64,000 nt of DNA, taken from the NCBI GenBank assembly GCA_007695015.1, contig REEN01000055.1:13788-77787 (forward strand), written 5' to 3'. Made by a program: the position numbers and the translations under genes. Numbering within the stretch: the first letter of the stretch is position 1; every line of letters begins with the position of its first letter. This document shows positions 48,490 to 57,734 of this stretch, piece after piece. Below the pieces are notes generated by a model. The model searched no databases. It worked only from the letters and a program-made list of their open reading frames with translations, and was not told the DNA's origin. The stretch is from Marinilabiliales bacterium (lineage in GTDB: Bacteria > Bacteroidota > Bacteroidia > Bacteroidales > PUMT01).

Positions 48490-49861
48490 TATCCGACACC
48501 CTGCTGGTTATACGGCCGTCATGCAATTTAGTTTCCAGCAGGTCGCCAAAATGGATATTCCTGGCACTTTTTACAATGTTTCCGTTCTTCGTGACGAGCG
48601 CATAACCTTTTTTAAGGAGATTTTCCGGGTCCAGAAGTCCCAGCTTTGTCCCGAACAGATGGAGCCTTTCCGACCTGCCTTTTAATAATCTGGCGGTATG
48701 CTGTGGTATAAGCTTTGTGCGCATCTCGGCCTCACTGCTCTTATGGCTTAGCAGGTAGTTCTTTGTATGGACCCTGAAGCGGTAATGGAACGAATCGATA
48801 GTGTGATGTCTTTTTTGAATATAACCACCTGCTGACCTCGCCATTATTGACCCTGAGGCCCGGAGTTCCGCCTTAGCCTGCTGCATCCTGTTTTTTACGA
48901 TACCTGGTATACTGCCTGAAAGTGCGGTAGTTACCTGCCTGTTCTGCCGGATCAGGTTTGTGACAGCGGAAGCCAGCCTGTTTCCAAACGATAAAACAAG
49001 GCTGTCAGCTTCAGTGTACTTGCCTATAAGCAGCTCTGCGGCAGCAGTGGGGGTTTTTACATTCGTGTTTGCAACCATACCTGCAATTGTTTTATCCCTT
49101 TCATGTCCAATTCCTGTAATAACCGGCAGCGGGAACTGTGCAATATGTGCTGCTATCTCATAGCTGTCAAAGCAGCTCAGGTCAGATGCCGAACCACCTC
49201 CCCTTAGGATCACCACCACATCAAACATCCCTTCCTTTTCGAATATCATGTCGAGTGCATCGGTAACAGACCTGCCGGCTGTGCTGCCCTGCATCTGGGC
49301 AGGAAAGAGCATTGTGCTGAAACGGTAATTGCGGGAATTATTCTCAAGCTGATGGATAAAATCTTCATAACCCGCAGCGGCAGGTGAGGAAATTACTGCT
49401 ATTCGTGATGGAATACCCGGAATATCGAGCTGCCTGTTCATATTTATTATCCCTTCCTCCTCCAGCCTGTGCAGGATCTCTTTTCTTCTTCTCTCAAGGT
49501 CGCCTATTGTATATACCGGATCTATCTCTTTGATATTAAGACTTATTCCATATAATTCATGAAACTCGACAGTTACCTCGACAAGGACCATCATCCCCTT
49601 GGAAAGCTTCTGGGATGTTGAGGTCTCAAAGTATGGCTTAAGCATCCTCCATGTATAGGCCCATATAGTTGCACGGCATCTTGCCACTATATTGTCGTTA
49701 CCACTGTCCTTCTCCACCAGCTCAAGGTAACAGTGTCCGCTATAGTTTTCCCTTATCTCATTAATCTCAGCAACTATCCAGTAACTGCCGTTAAGGCTGC
49801 GGGAAATAGCTTTGCCGATCATGCCGGTCAGTTCCAGAAGGGTGTGCCTGTTTTTTCCCAT
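48452..49861 (-). CDS. xseA: exodeoxyribonuclease VII large subunit
   Basis: OB-fold N-terminus (YWIVAEINEIRENYSGHCYLELVEKD), RIAVISSPAAAGYEDF, ILRGGGSASDLSCFD, ITGIGHERD. 469 aa. Confidence 0.92.
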   Translation of the reverse strand: MGKNRHTLLELTGMIGKAISRSLNGSYWIVAEINEIRENYSGHCYLELVEKDSGNDNIVARCRATIWAYTWRMLKPYFETSTSQKLSKGMMVLVEVTVEFHELYGISLNIKEIDPVYTIGDLERRRKEILHRLEEEGIINMNRQLDIPGIPSRIAVISSPAAAGYEDFIHQLENNSRNYRFSTMLFPAQMQGSTAGRSVTDALDMIFEKEGMFDVVVILRGGGSASDLSCFDSYEIAAHIAQFPLPVITGIGHERDKTIAGMVANTNVKTPTAAAELLIGKYTEADSLVLSFGNRLASAVTNLIRQNRQVTTALSGSIPGIVKNRMQQAKAELRASGSIMARSAGGYIQKRHHTIDSFHYRFRVHTKNYLLSHKSSEAEMRTKLIPQHTARLLKGRSERLHLFGTKLGLLDPENLLKKGYALVTKNGNIVKSARNIHFGDLLETKLHDGRITSRVSDIDISTDNTKVSE

Positions 49862-50538
49862 TATACCCGTTGGTTACCAGATAAGACAAGTGTAATTTCC
49901 CCTTTTACATCTGTTTTGCAAAACCGCAGTTGCAGTTCAGCGAGGCTTCCCCTGACTGTCTCCTCATGAATTTTGGTTAGTTCCCTGGAAACCGATGCCA
50001 GCCTGTCCGGACCCATTACATCAGATAGTTCCTGCAGTAATTTGCAGATACGGTAGGGGGATTCGTAAAAGATTATTGTCCTTGTTTCCTCCTTCAGGCC
50101 TTCTAACCGTTTTTTACGCCCTTTCTTATGTGGCAGAAAACCTTCAAAACAGAACCTGTCGCCCGGTATGCCACTGTTTATCAATGCCGGTAAAAATGCG
50201 GTCGCTCCCGGGAGAGTTTCAATCTCAATATTGTTTTTAATACATGTCCTTACCAGCAGGAAGCCGGGGTCTGATATCCCCGGGGTTCCGGCATCTGTCA
50301 CAAGAGCAAGGGTTTGTCCTTCTGCGATCATTCCGGCAATGGCATCGACCTTCCTGTGCTCATTGTGCTGATGATATGGAATTATCCTGTTTTCTATATT
50401 GTAATGCGACAGGAGAATACCTGTTCTTCTTGTGTCTTCTGCCAGTATCCCGTCAGCGCTCTTTAGCACATCAAGGGCCCTCAGGGTTATATCTCCCAGG
50501 TTTCCCACCGGAGTTGGTACAAGTACAAGTTTTCCCAT
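49861..50538 (-). CDS. rsmI: 16S rRNA (cytidine1402-2'-O)-methyltransferase
   Basis: LVLVPTPVGNLGDITLRAL and VTDAGTPGISDPG motifs. TAATG junction with xseA. Confidence 0.92.
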   Translation of the reverse strand: MGKLVLVPTPVGNLGDITLRALDVLKSADGILAEDTRRTGILLSHYNIENRIIPYHQHNEHRKVDAIAGMIAEGQTLALVTDAGTPGISDPGFLLVRTCIKNNIEIETLPGATAFLPALINSGIPGDRFCFEGFLPHKKGRKKRLEGLKEETRTIIFYESPYRICKLLQELSDVMGPDRLASVSRELTKIHEETVRGSLAELQLRFCKTDVKGEITLVLSGNQRV

Positions 50539-50548
50539 GAGAATGGAT

Positions 50549-51472
50549 TTACCCGGCAGGATGCTTTCTTTTCACCAGGTTGATAAGTTTTTCCGCCACC
50601 TCATTATCCTCTTCCCAATCATAGCTGTCGTTAAGAAATTTAATGGCCTCTTCGTATGTGGTGGTTTTGTTCAGCATATCGATACACTGATTATATTGGT
50701 CAGGCCTTCCCCTGAAAAGCTCCTTTATGAAAAGGAATTTTTCATTCAGTCCGATAGAATTTCTCAGGTCTGTTATAGGCCGTGTTTGAATTTTTGAGGT
50801 AAGGTCCCTGCCGCCCTTTTTATCGGCCATTGCCTTGTTGATATAGTTTTGTGCATCCTGGAAGCGGTCTGCGACAATTTCTTTATGGCCGTTCTGTTTT
50901 CCTGAATTCTTTAATTTGGCATCATTTTTCTCAGTTGAGCCGGACTGAGGCTTTTCAGTATTTTTCTCATCGGCAGAAGGAAGCTGATCATTTTCATGAC
51001 CGTAAGGGTCATTTTTCGCGTCTGTATCCCCGGATTGCCCAGTATCCCCGGATAGCCCGGCATTCTCCTCTTCGCTGGAGCCGGCGGCGTCATCTGCCCC
51101 ATCCTTACCGCTAACAGAACCTGTTTTTTCCGGTTTGCTATCCTTTGATGTATCTCTGTCTTCTGTTTCCGGCTGTTTGTGAACCGGACCAGGAACTATG
51201 CCCTCCTGTTCAAATTCCTCATCGCTATTTACAGGTTCAGGATCTGAAGGAACCACCGGCTTCTCAGGCATTTCTGAGGTGCTGGTCCGACCGGTGACTG
51301 TTGAGGGGGCCTGACCGGTATTAAGGAGCAATTCATACAATTCCCTGGTTTTAGAGAGCGCCAGATCAATATCTATTCTGGCCGGTGTTACATCCTTTTC
51401 AATGTTACCGATAATAAGTTCCAGCTCCCTGAGTTTGTATTTCAGATGCTTTCCAATACTTTTTGAATCCAT
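50549..51472 (-). CDS. hypothetical protein with an acidic low-complexity centre and conserved-looking termini
   Basis: Helical N-terminus (LKYKLRELELIIGNIEKD). About 150 aa of D/E/S/G/P-rich sequence. C-terminal block GLNEKFLFIKELFRGRPDQYNQCIDMLN. Start uncertain: ATG at 51472, 51502 or 51568, and the last would overlap tdk. Confidence 0.55.
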   Translation of the reverse strand: MDSKSIGKHLKYKLRELELIIGNIEKDVTPARIDIDLALSKTRELYELLLNTGQAPSTVTGRTSTSEMPEKPVVPSDPEPVNSDEEFEQEGIVPGPVHKQPETEDRDTSKDSKPEKTGSVSGKDGADDAAGSSEEENAGLSGDTGQSGDTDAKNDPYGHENDQLPSADEKNTEKPQSGSTEKNDAKLKNSGKQNGHKEIVADRFQDAQNYINKAMADKKGGRDLTSKIQTRPITDLRNSIGLNEKFLFIKELFRGRPDQYNQCIDMLNKTTTYEEAIKFLNDSYDWEEDNEVAEKLINLVKRKHPAG

Positions 51473-51549
51473 TGGGCAAAATATTATAAGTTGATGCGCC
51501 ATTTTGTTTAATTTTGTAAAATTAACAATTATAAAAGAAAGCAACCGGC

Positions 51550-52146
51550 ATGTTTCTTGAAAATTCAATCAGGGGCAACAAAAAGGGGGGATCGATTGAG
51601 GTAATTGCCGGTTCAATGTTCTCAGGGAAAACGGAAGAACTTATACGGCGTCTTAAAAGAGCGAAGATAGCCAACCAGAGAGTCGAGATATTCAAGCCTG
51701 AAATAGATAACAGATACTCTGATGAACATGTTATTTCGCATGATGATAATGCCATAATGTCTACATCTGTTTCATCCTCAGGTAATATCCTGCTGCTTGC
51801 GGCAGATGTTGACGTTGTCGGGATTGATGAGGCACAGTTTTTTGACAGCAATCTGGTTGATGTCTGCAATGAACTTGCCAACTCGGGTGTCAGGGTTATT
51901 GTGGCCGGACTGGATATGGATTTCAGGGGCAAACCATTCGGACCTATCCCTATGCTTCTTGCAACAGCGGAATATGTAACCAAGGTTCATGCGATATGCA
52001 TGCAATGTGGAAATCTTGCGCAGTTTTCCTACCGTAAAGATGTTTCAGAGAAAATTGTTTTGCTTGGTGAGCAGAATCTGTATGAGCCGTTATGTCGTGT
52101 TTGCTTCAATGAGATACAAAGGAAAAACATCAGGCCGGCACGCTGA
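51550..52146 (+). CDS. tdk: thymidine kinase
   Basis: P-loop [22 protein letters not shown], and zinc ribbon CMQCG...CRVC. 198 aa. Confidence 0.95.
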   Translation: MFLENSIRGNKKGGSIEVIAGSMFSGKTEELIRRLKRAKIANQRVEIFKPEIDNRYSDEHVISHDDNAIMSTSVSSSGNILLLAADVDVVGIDEAQFFDSNLVDVCNELANSGVRVIVAGLDMDFRGKPFGPIPMLLATAEYVTKVHAICMQCGNLAQFSYRKDVSEKIVLLGEQNLYEPLCRVCFNEIQRKNIRPAR

Positions 52147-52206
52147 TTCGGGCAATATGGATGATTTGATTACCGGATAATGTGTTATTTCTAAGATAAC
52201 CTGTAA

Positions 52207-54675
52207 ATGGCAAAATACCACGTTGAGAAGATAGCCGGCGCTGTCGGGGGGAAACTATACATGGGTGGCAGCAACCAGGTTATAAGGAACATTGTGACCG
52301 ACAGCCGGAAATTCTCTTTTCCGGGTGATTCCCTTTTCGTGGCAATCAGGGGAGAAAGGAATGACGGGCATAATTACCTGACCGCCCTTTTCAGACAACA
52401 GGTCAGGAATTTTCTTGTAGAGCGCCTGCCGGAGGATATCAACCGCTTCCAGGGCGCTAATTTCATTGTTGTTAATAACACCCTGAGGGCCTTGCAGTTA
52501 TTGGCTGCCAGTCACCGGAACGAGTTTGACCTTCCTGTAATCGGTATAACAGGCAGCAACGGAAAGACTATACTCAAGGAATGGCTTTTCCAGTTGATGC
52601 AGAAAGAAAGAGTGGTGGTCAGAAGTCCCAAAAGCTATAATTCACAGGTGGGTGTCCCTCTTTCGGTCTGGCAGATCGAGCCGCGCCATGACCTGGCCAT
52701 TTTTGAGGCCGGCATATCGCGACCCGGTGAAATGGAGTTTCTTGAGCCCATTATCAGGCCTGGCACCGGGGTTATAACAAATATTGGCCAGGCACATCAG
52801 GAACACTTCAGCGACCTTGAGACCAAACTGGCTGAAAAGATGCTCCTGTTCAGGGAGTGCGGTACGCTGGTTTATTGCCGTGATCATAGGATAATTGATG
52901 ACTACATCAGGGGTAAAAGCTTTTACAGGGGAAAGCGGCTATTTACATGGTCACGTTCAGGCAAGGCTGATCTCCAGGTTACCGAAATCGCCAGGAGTGA
53001 ACGAAAAACCGGCATCTCTGCAATTTATAAAGGGAAGCGATACACCATTAACATTCCATTCTCTGACAAGGCATCTGTTGAAAATGCGGTTCATGCATGG
53101 GCCGTTATGCTGACGCTTGGTTTTGAGCAGGAATTAATAGGAGCCGGAATGGGGGAACTCACCCCTGTGGCGATGAGGCTTGAACAGAAGCAGGGGGTCA
53201 ATAATTGCACCATCATAAATGACAGCTATAATTCAGACCTGGCTTCACTTGACATAGCAATGGATTTTTTATCACGGGTGACCGGCAGGAAAAGAAAGAC
53301 CGTGATCCTGTCAGATATGTTCGAAACAGGCAGGAGCGCCGATGACCTGTTTTGCGAGATAGGGAAACTGCTTAACAGGGAAAAGACAAATCATCTTATT
53401 GGTGTTGGCACTGATGTAAGGAAGATTGAATCTTATTTTGAGGGGAAGCTTGAATTTTATGATACAACTGAAGAGCTGCTGCGCAACTTTGACAGGAGGA
53501 ATATCTGCGATTCAGCCGTTTTACTCAAGGGTTCAAGAAAATTTGGTTTTGAACGTATTTCTGCACTTCTTGAAGAGAAGACACATGAAACCGTTCTGGA
53601 GATCAACCTTAATAATCTTGTAAGTAATTTTAATTATTTCAGATCATTGATACGCCCCCGCACAAAGGTAATGGCCGTGGTGAAGGCCTTCTCCTACGGA
53701 AGCGGAGGCTACCAGATCGCAAATGCACTTGTCCACAATCTGGTCGATTACCTTGCAGTTGCATTTGTTGACGAGGGAGTTGAACTCAGAAAATCAGGAA
53801 TATCTGCACCTTTAATGGTCATGAACCCCGATTTCAATGATTGCAGCCGGATAATTGAAAACAGCCTGGAACCGGAAATTTATGGTTTCAGTGGATTTGA
53901 TCTCCTGGTAAACGTACTGCGTGAAATGGGAATTTCCGGTTATCCGGTCCATATTAAGCTTGATACCGGGATGCACCGGTTGGGCTTCAGGCCTGACGAA
54001 ATTGGAAGGCTCTGTGACCGGCTCGCAGATTGTGACAACTTAAGGGTGGTTTCTGTATTCTCCCATCTGGCTGCAGCAGATGACCCTTCGCACGATGATT
54101 TTACAAGGGATCAGATCAGGCTTTTTGAAAAGCTGTACGGGAAAATTGCAGAAAAGCTTGATTACCCCGTTCTTGCACATATCCTGAATTCGGCCGGGAT
54201 CGAACGATTCCCTGAAGCACAGTTTGACATGGTAAGGCTGGGAATTGGGATGTACGGGGTCAGTGTCAATCATGTGAATAAACTTTCAAACGTCAGTACT
54301 TTTAAAAGTGTAATATCCCAGGTTAAAGAGGTGCCTTCGGGCAGCAGCATCGGATATTCAAGGGCTTACAGGGCTCCGGGGAAAATGCGTATTGCAGTTG
54401 TGCCGGTCGGGTATGCTGACGGACTTGACCGCAGACTTGGCAATGGTAACGGATGGATGATGGTAAAAGGCAAAAAAGTGCCGGTAATTGGCAACATATG
54501 CATGGATATGTGCATGATTGACATAACAACTGTTGATGCCCTGGAAGGAGATGAGGTTACAGTATTTGGAGATGAAAGTTCCATTAGTGATATTGCGGCC
54601 CTGTTGTCGACAATACCATATGAAATATTTGTAAAGATTTCAGAAAGGGTAAGACGTATTTATGTGCAGGAGTAA
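52207..54675 (+). CDS. fusion protein: UDP-MurNAc-tripeptide--D-Ala-D-Ala ligase (MurF) / alanine racemase (Alr)
   Basis: N-terminal half: TDSRKFSFPGDSLFVAIRGERNDGH and VIGITGSNGKTILKEW (Mur ligase P-loop). C-terminal half: MAVVKAFSYGSGGYQIA (PLP-lysine motif), FSHLAAAD, NICMDMCMID. Confidence 0.92.
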   Translation: MAKYHVEKIAGAVGGKLYMGGSNQVIRNIVTDSRKFSFPGDSLFVAIRGERNDGHNYLTALFRQQVRNFLVERLPEDINRFQGANFIVVNNTLRALQLLAASHRNEFDLPVIGITGSNGKTILKEWLFQLMQKERVVVRSPKSYNSQVGVPLSVWQIEPRHDLAIFEAGISRPGEMEFLEPIIRPGTGVITNIGQAHQEHFSDLETKLAEKMLLFRECGTLVYCRDHRIIDDYIRGKSFYRGKRLFTWSRSGKADLQVTEIARSERKTGISAIYKGKRYTINIPFSDKASVENAVHAWAVMLTLGFEQELIGAGMGELTPVAMRLEQKQGVNNCTIINDSYNSDLASLDIAMDFLSRVTGRKRKTVILSDMFETGRSADDLFCEIGKLLNREKTNHLIGVGTDVRKIESYFEGKLEFYDTTEELLRNFDRRNICDSAVLLKGSRKFGFERISALLEEKTHETVLEINLNNLVSNFNYFRSLIRPRTKVMAVVKAFSYGSGGYQIANALVHNLVDYLAVAFVDEGVELRKSGISAPLMVMNPDFNDCSRIIENSLEPEIYGFSGFDLLVNVLREMGISGYPVHIKLDTGMHRLGFRPDEIGRLCDRLADCDNLRVVSVFSHLAAADDPSHDDFTRDQIRLFEKLYGKIAEKLDYPVLAHILNSAGIERFPEAQFDMVRLGIGMYGVSVNHVNKLSNVSTFKSVISQVKEVPSGSSIGYSRAYRAPGKMRIAVVPVGYADGLDRRLGNGNGWMMVKGKKVPVIGNICMDMCMIDITTVDALEGDEVTVFGDESSISDIAALLSTIPYEIFVKISERVRRIYVQE

Positions 54676-54721
54676 TCGGGGTTTTTAAGGGGTTGTAAGC
54701 GGCCTCTTCTCAGGGACCTAA

Positions 54722-55417
54722 TCATCCGTGTTCGCTTATCTTTTCAAGCTGGTCCATGTCTATAATCTTTATTTTTCTTCCGTCAATTCCAATCACCTTT
54801 TCAGAAGCAAAGTTTGAAAGGGTCCGGATGGCATTGGAGGTGGTCATATTGGAGAGATTGGCTATATCCTCCCTGGAGAGGTAAACTTTAATGGTCTGTC
54901 CGTCTTTTTCCAGACCGTAGGTGTCTTTAAGGAATAAGAGAGATTCAGCAAGCCTTCCCCTGATATGTTTCTGGGTAAGAGTTACCGTACGGCTGTTTGA
55001 GAAACCAAGTTCGGTAGCAAATGATTTGATGATGCTCAGAGAAAGGTACGAGTTGGTTTTAAGTACCCTGAAGAGTGACTCTTTGTTGATAATGCATATG
55101 GTTGAGTCCTCAATGGCCAGGGCAGTAGCCATATAGTTCTCTTCGGCGAACAGGGCCCTGTAGCCTATAAAACCTACCGGTCTTGCCATTCTTACAATCT
55201 GTTCCCTGCCGCCGATACCCTCCTTGTATATTTTTACCTTGCCGGCTGACAGGCAAATAAGTCCGTTCGGTTTCTCGCCTTCGCTATATATGGTCTCACC
55301 TTTTTTGAACAGAAGACATGTATGCTTTTCTGATAATATCTCCTTTTCATCGGTAGTAAGGCTGAAAAATATGGAGTTCTCGTTATTGATGCAGTGCCCG
55401 CAGATATGGTTGCTCAT
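54722..55417 (-). CDS. Crp/Fnr-family transcriptional regulator
   Basis: cNMP-binding-like beta-roll (GETIYSEGEKPNGLICLSAGKVKIY) and a C-terminal HTH (LSREDIANLSNMTTSNAIRTLSNF). I prefer the ATG at 55417; the track start is 55468. Confidence 0.85.
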   Translation of the reverse strand: MSNHICGHCINNENSIFFSLTTDEKEILSEKHTCLLFKKGETIYSEGEKPNGLICLSAGKVKIYKEGIGGREQIVRMARPVGFIGYRALFAEENYMATALAIEDSTICIINKESLFRVLKTNSYLSLSIIKSFATELGFSNSRTVTLTQKHIRGRLAESLLFLKDTYGLEKDGQTIKVYLSREDIANLSNMTTSNAIRTLSNFASEKVIGIDGRKIKIIDMDQLEKISEHG

Positions 55418-55605
55418 TTTTGCAAGTGTTTTGACCAATGCTACAAATGTAGATGAAATTTTTTTCATTTAAAATTGCACATGGGCAAATGAAAAATATT
55501 TCATCGGAAAGCTAAGCGGTTCCTTCTGTTAGTCAAAATTTTTTTAGAGATTAATTTTTTCTAATGGTAATTTTGCTATACTTTTGAATAAATAAACCGA
55601 ATATT

Positions 55606-56082
55606 ATGCAAAAACTTATCATTATTCTGTTTGCAGTAACACTGCTGATCAGTGGTTGCGATTTTGTCCAGAGGGTTAATCCGTTTGCAAAAAGAGTAGA
55701 TACCATGGAGATCTACCAGCAGCGCCAGGATAGTATTCGCAGGGCTGAACTTCTTAGAAGACAGCAGGAAGAAGCCAGACGTGAGCAGGAGAGGGCCGAC
55801 AGTATCAGGAGGGCGGCTGAGGCTCAGGCCGAAGCGGATCGTCTCAGGGCCATGCAACGTTATCACCTTATTGTCGGGGCATTCAAGAATCCTGCCTATG
55901 CCCAGGATTTTCACCAGAAGATCCTCGGTCAGGGGCACGACTCCAGGATCATCATGGCTGAAAACAATTTTCACCTGGTAACTATCAGGTCGCTTGACAA
56001 TTATCGTGAAGCTGTTAACCAGTGGCGTTCAATCAGGAATGAGGGTGAGCATCTGGTGTGGCTTTACATAAAGGACCTGTAG
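55606..56082 (+). CDS. SPOR-domain lipoprotein
   Basis: Lipobox LLISGC, a charged coiled linker, and a C-terminal SPOR-like module YHLIVGAFKNPAYAQDFHQKILGQGHDSRIIMAENNFHLVTI. Confidence 0.75.
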   Translation: MQKLIIILFAVTLLISGCDFVQRVNPFAKRVDTMEIYQQRQDSIRRAELLRRQQEEARREQERADSIRRAAEAQAEADRLRAMQRYHLIVGAFKNPAYAQDFHQKILGQGHDSRIIMAENNFHLVTIRSLDNYREAVNQWRSIRNEGEHLVWLYIKDL

Positions 56083-56168
56083 TCCATCACTCCTGCCCAT
56101 AAGGCCTTGTTCCCGGCCATACTGTTATCCACCCTTTTGCAGGGACGGATAATTATTATATTTTTGAG

Positions 56169-56204
56169 GCCTGCTGACAATTAACCAGCAGGCTTTGTTT
56201 TTTT
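56169..56204 (+). terminator. Rho-independent terminator after the SPOR gene
   Basis: 8-bp stem GCCTGCTG / CAGCAGGC with a 9-nt loop, followed by TTTGTTTTTTT. Confidence 0.8.
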
Positions 56205-56294
56205 ATTGGAACCCTGTCATGGGTCACTGATGACATATGAGTGCAGTTTCAAGCATGGCGGGTTCTGCAGGTGCAATTACATAAAAAAAGATAA

Positions 56295-57698
56295 ATGGAA
56301 GACTTCAAGAGTGCACTGAATGATTCAGCTATCCTGAGATGGGGTATAATGCTCCTGGTTAGTTTCACGATGGCTACCAATTACTACTTCTATGATGCCA
56401 TTTCACCTCTTAAGTTTTTGATGGAGAGGGAGCTGGGTTTCTCCTCGGCAGAGTACGGCTTTTTTCAGGCCGCCTATTCCATCCCGAATGTTTTTCTGCT
56501 GATGGCAGTTATTGGAGGTGTTATTTTGGACAGGATCGGGATCAGAATTACCGGCTTTGCCTTTATATTTATCCAGTTTGCAGGCGCTGTCGTGACTGCC
56601 TATGGTGCCACTCCTTATTTCAACCAGGGGGGGTGGGGTTATGATTTCATGAACTCATTCCTTACGGCCTATTCGCCGGCACTTAAGGTCACTTCTCTTG
56701 GGTTTTTCCTTTTCGGACTGGGTGCTGAGACCAGCATTGTCGTTATTTCAAAGGTGATAGTTAAGTGGTTCAAAGGTAAGGAAATTGCTTTGGCGCTCGG
56801 ATTGAACATTGCAATTGCCAGGCTGGGTATGGGGGCTGCAATGGTGCTTTCGCCGAGGCTGATAATTGAAGGATCCCAACTGACGCCGCTCTGGCAGAAC
56901 TGGACTATGCCGATCTGGTTCGGTGCTCTGTTACTTGGGGTTGGGCTTCTTGCCTTTTTGGTTTACATGATATGGGATATAAGGTTTGACCGCAGGGTGG
57001 CTGAAAGGATGGAAACAGATCCTACCGAGGAGTTCAGGCTCAGGGATCTGGCTCGGCTTATGACCAACCGCAGCTTCATTTATATTACCATGCTCTGTGT
57101 CCTCTTCTATTCTGCGGTTTTTCCATTTATGAAATATGCACCCGATTTGATGATAAACAAATTTGGTGTAGATCCGACGATGGCAGGAGATATTTCATCA
57201 ATATTGCCATTCGGCACACTGGTGTTCACCCCGGTATTTGCATGGATATGTGATTACCGAGGCCGGTCTGCTTCACTTATGGTCTATGGCAGCCTGCTTG
57301 TGGTTGGTGTTCACCTGTCATTTGCATTCACAAATATTACCCCATATATTCCCATGTTCGTTCTGGGGATCGCTTTTTCGCTTGTGCCTGCTGCCATGTG
57401 GCCTGCTGTGACAAAGATCGTTGAAACCAGCAGGATTGGAACTGCATATGGTGCCATGTTTACCATTCAGGCTATAGGACTGATGGTCTTTCCATGGCTG
57501 ATCGGACTGGTTCTGGATTATACCAATCCCGGTGTATCTGAAACACTTGCTGCAGGCGGCAAGGCTTTATATGATTATACACAGGCCCTTGTCATGCTGG
57601 CAATGCTGGGAGTAGTCGGACTTGTTTTTGCATGGCTTCTGAAGCGTGAGGACCGTACCTCTGGTTATGGACTGGAAGAACCGAACAAGATGGATTAA
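56295..57698 (+). CDS. MFS transporter
   Basis: 467 aa in two six-helix halves separated by a charged loop (DRRVAERMETDPTEEFRLRD). Substrate unknown. Confidence 0.75.
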   Translation: MEDFKSALNDSAILRWGIMLLVSFTMATNYYFYDAISPLKFLMERELGFSSAEYGFFQAAYSIPNVFLLMAVIGGVILDRIGIRITGFAFIFIQFAGAVVTAYGATPYFNQGGWGYDFMNSFLTAYSPALKVTSLGFFLFGLGAETSIVVISKVIVKWFKGKEIALALGLNIAIARLGMGAAMVLSPRLIIEGSQLTPLWQNWTMPIWFGALLLGVGLLAFLVYMIWDIRFDRRVAERMETDPTEEFRLRDLARLMTNRSFIYITMLCVLFYSAVFPFMKYAPDLMINKFGVDPTMAGDISSILPFGTLVFTPVFAWICDYRGRSASLMVYGSLLVVGVHLSFAFTNITPYIPMFVLGIAFSLVPAAMWPAVTKIVETSRIGTAYGAMFTIQAIGLMVFPWLIGLVLDYTNPGVSETLAAGGKALYDYTQALVMLAMLGVVGLVFAWLLKREDRTSGYGLEEPNKMD

Positions 57699-57734
57699 TG
57701 TTTTAAGCTACAGGGCAGGGAAATACTTGAGTTT

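Noticed and set aside
54722-55468. An FNR-type oxygen-sensing Fe-S cluster in the Crp/Fnr regulator, suggested by the N-terminal CGHC.
   Set aside because: Only a single CxxC pair is present near the N-terminus, rather than the multi-Cys pattern of E. coli-type FNR. The other Cys residues are scattered. The evidence is insufficient.
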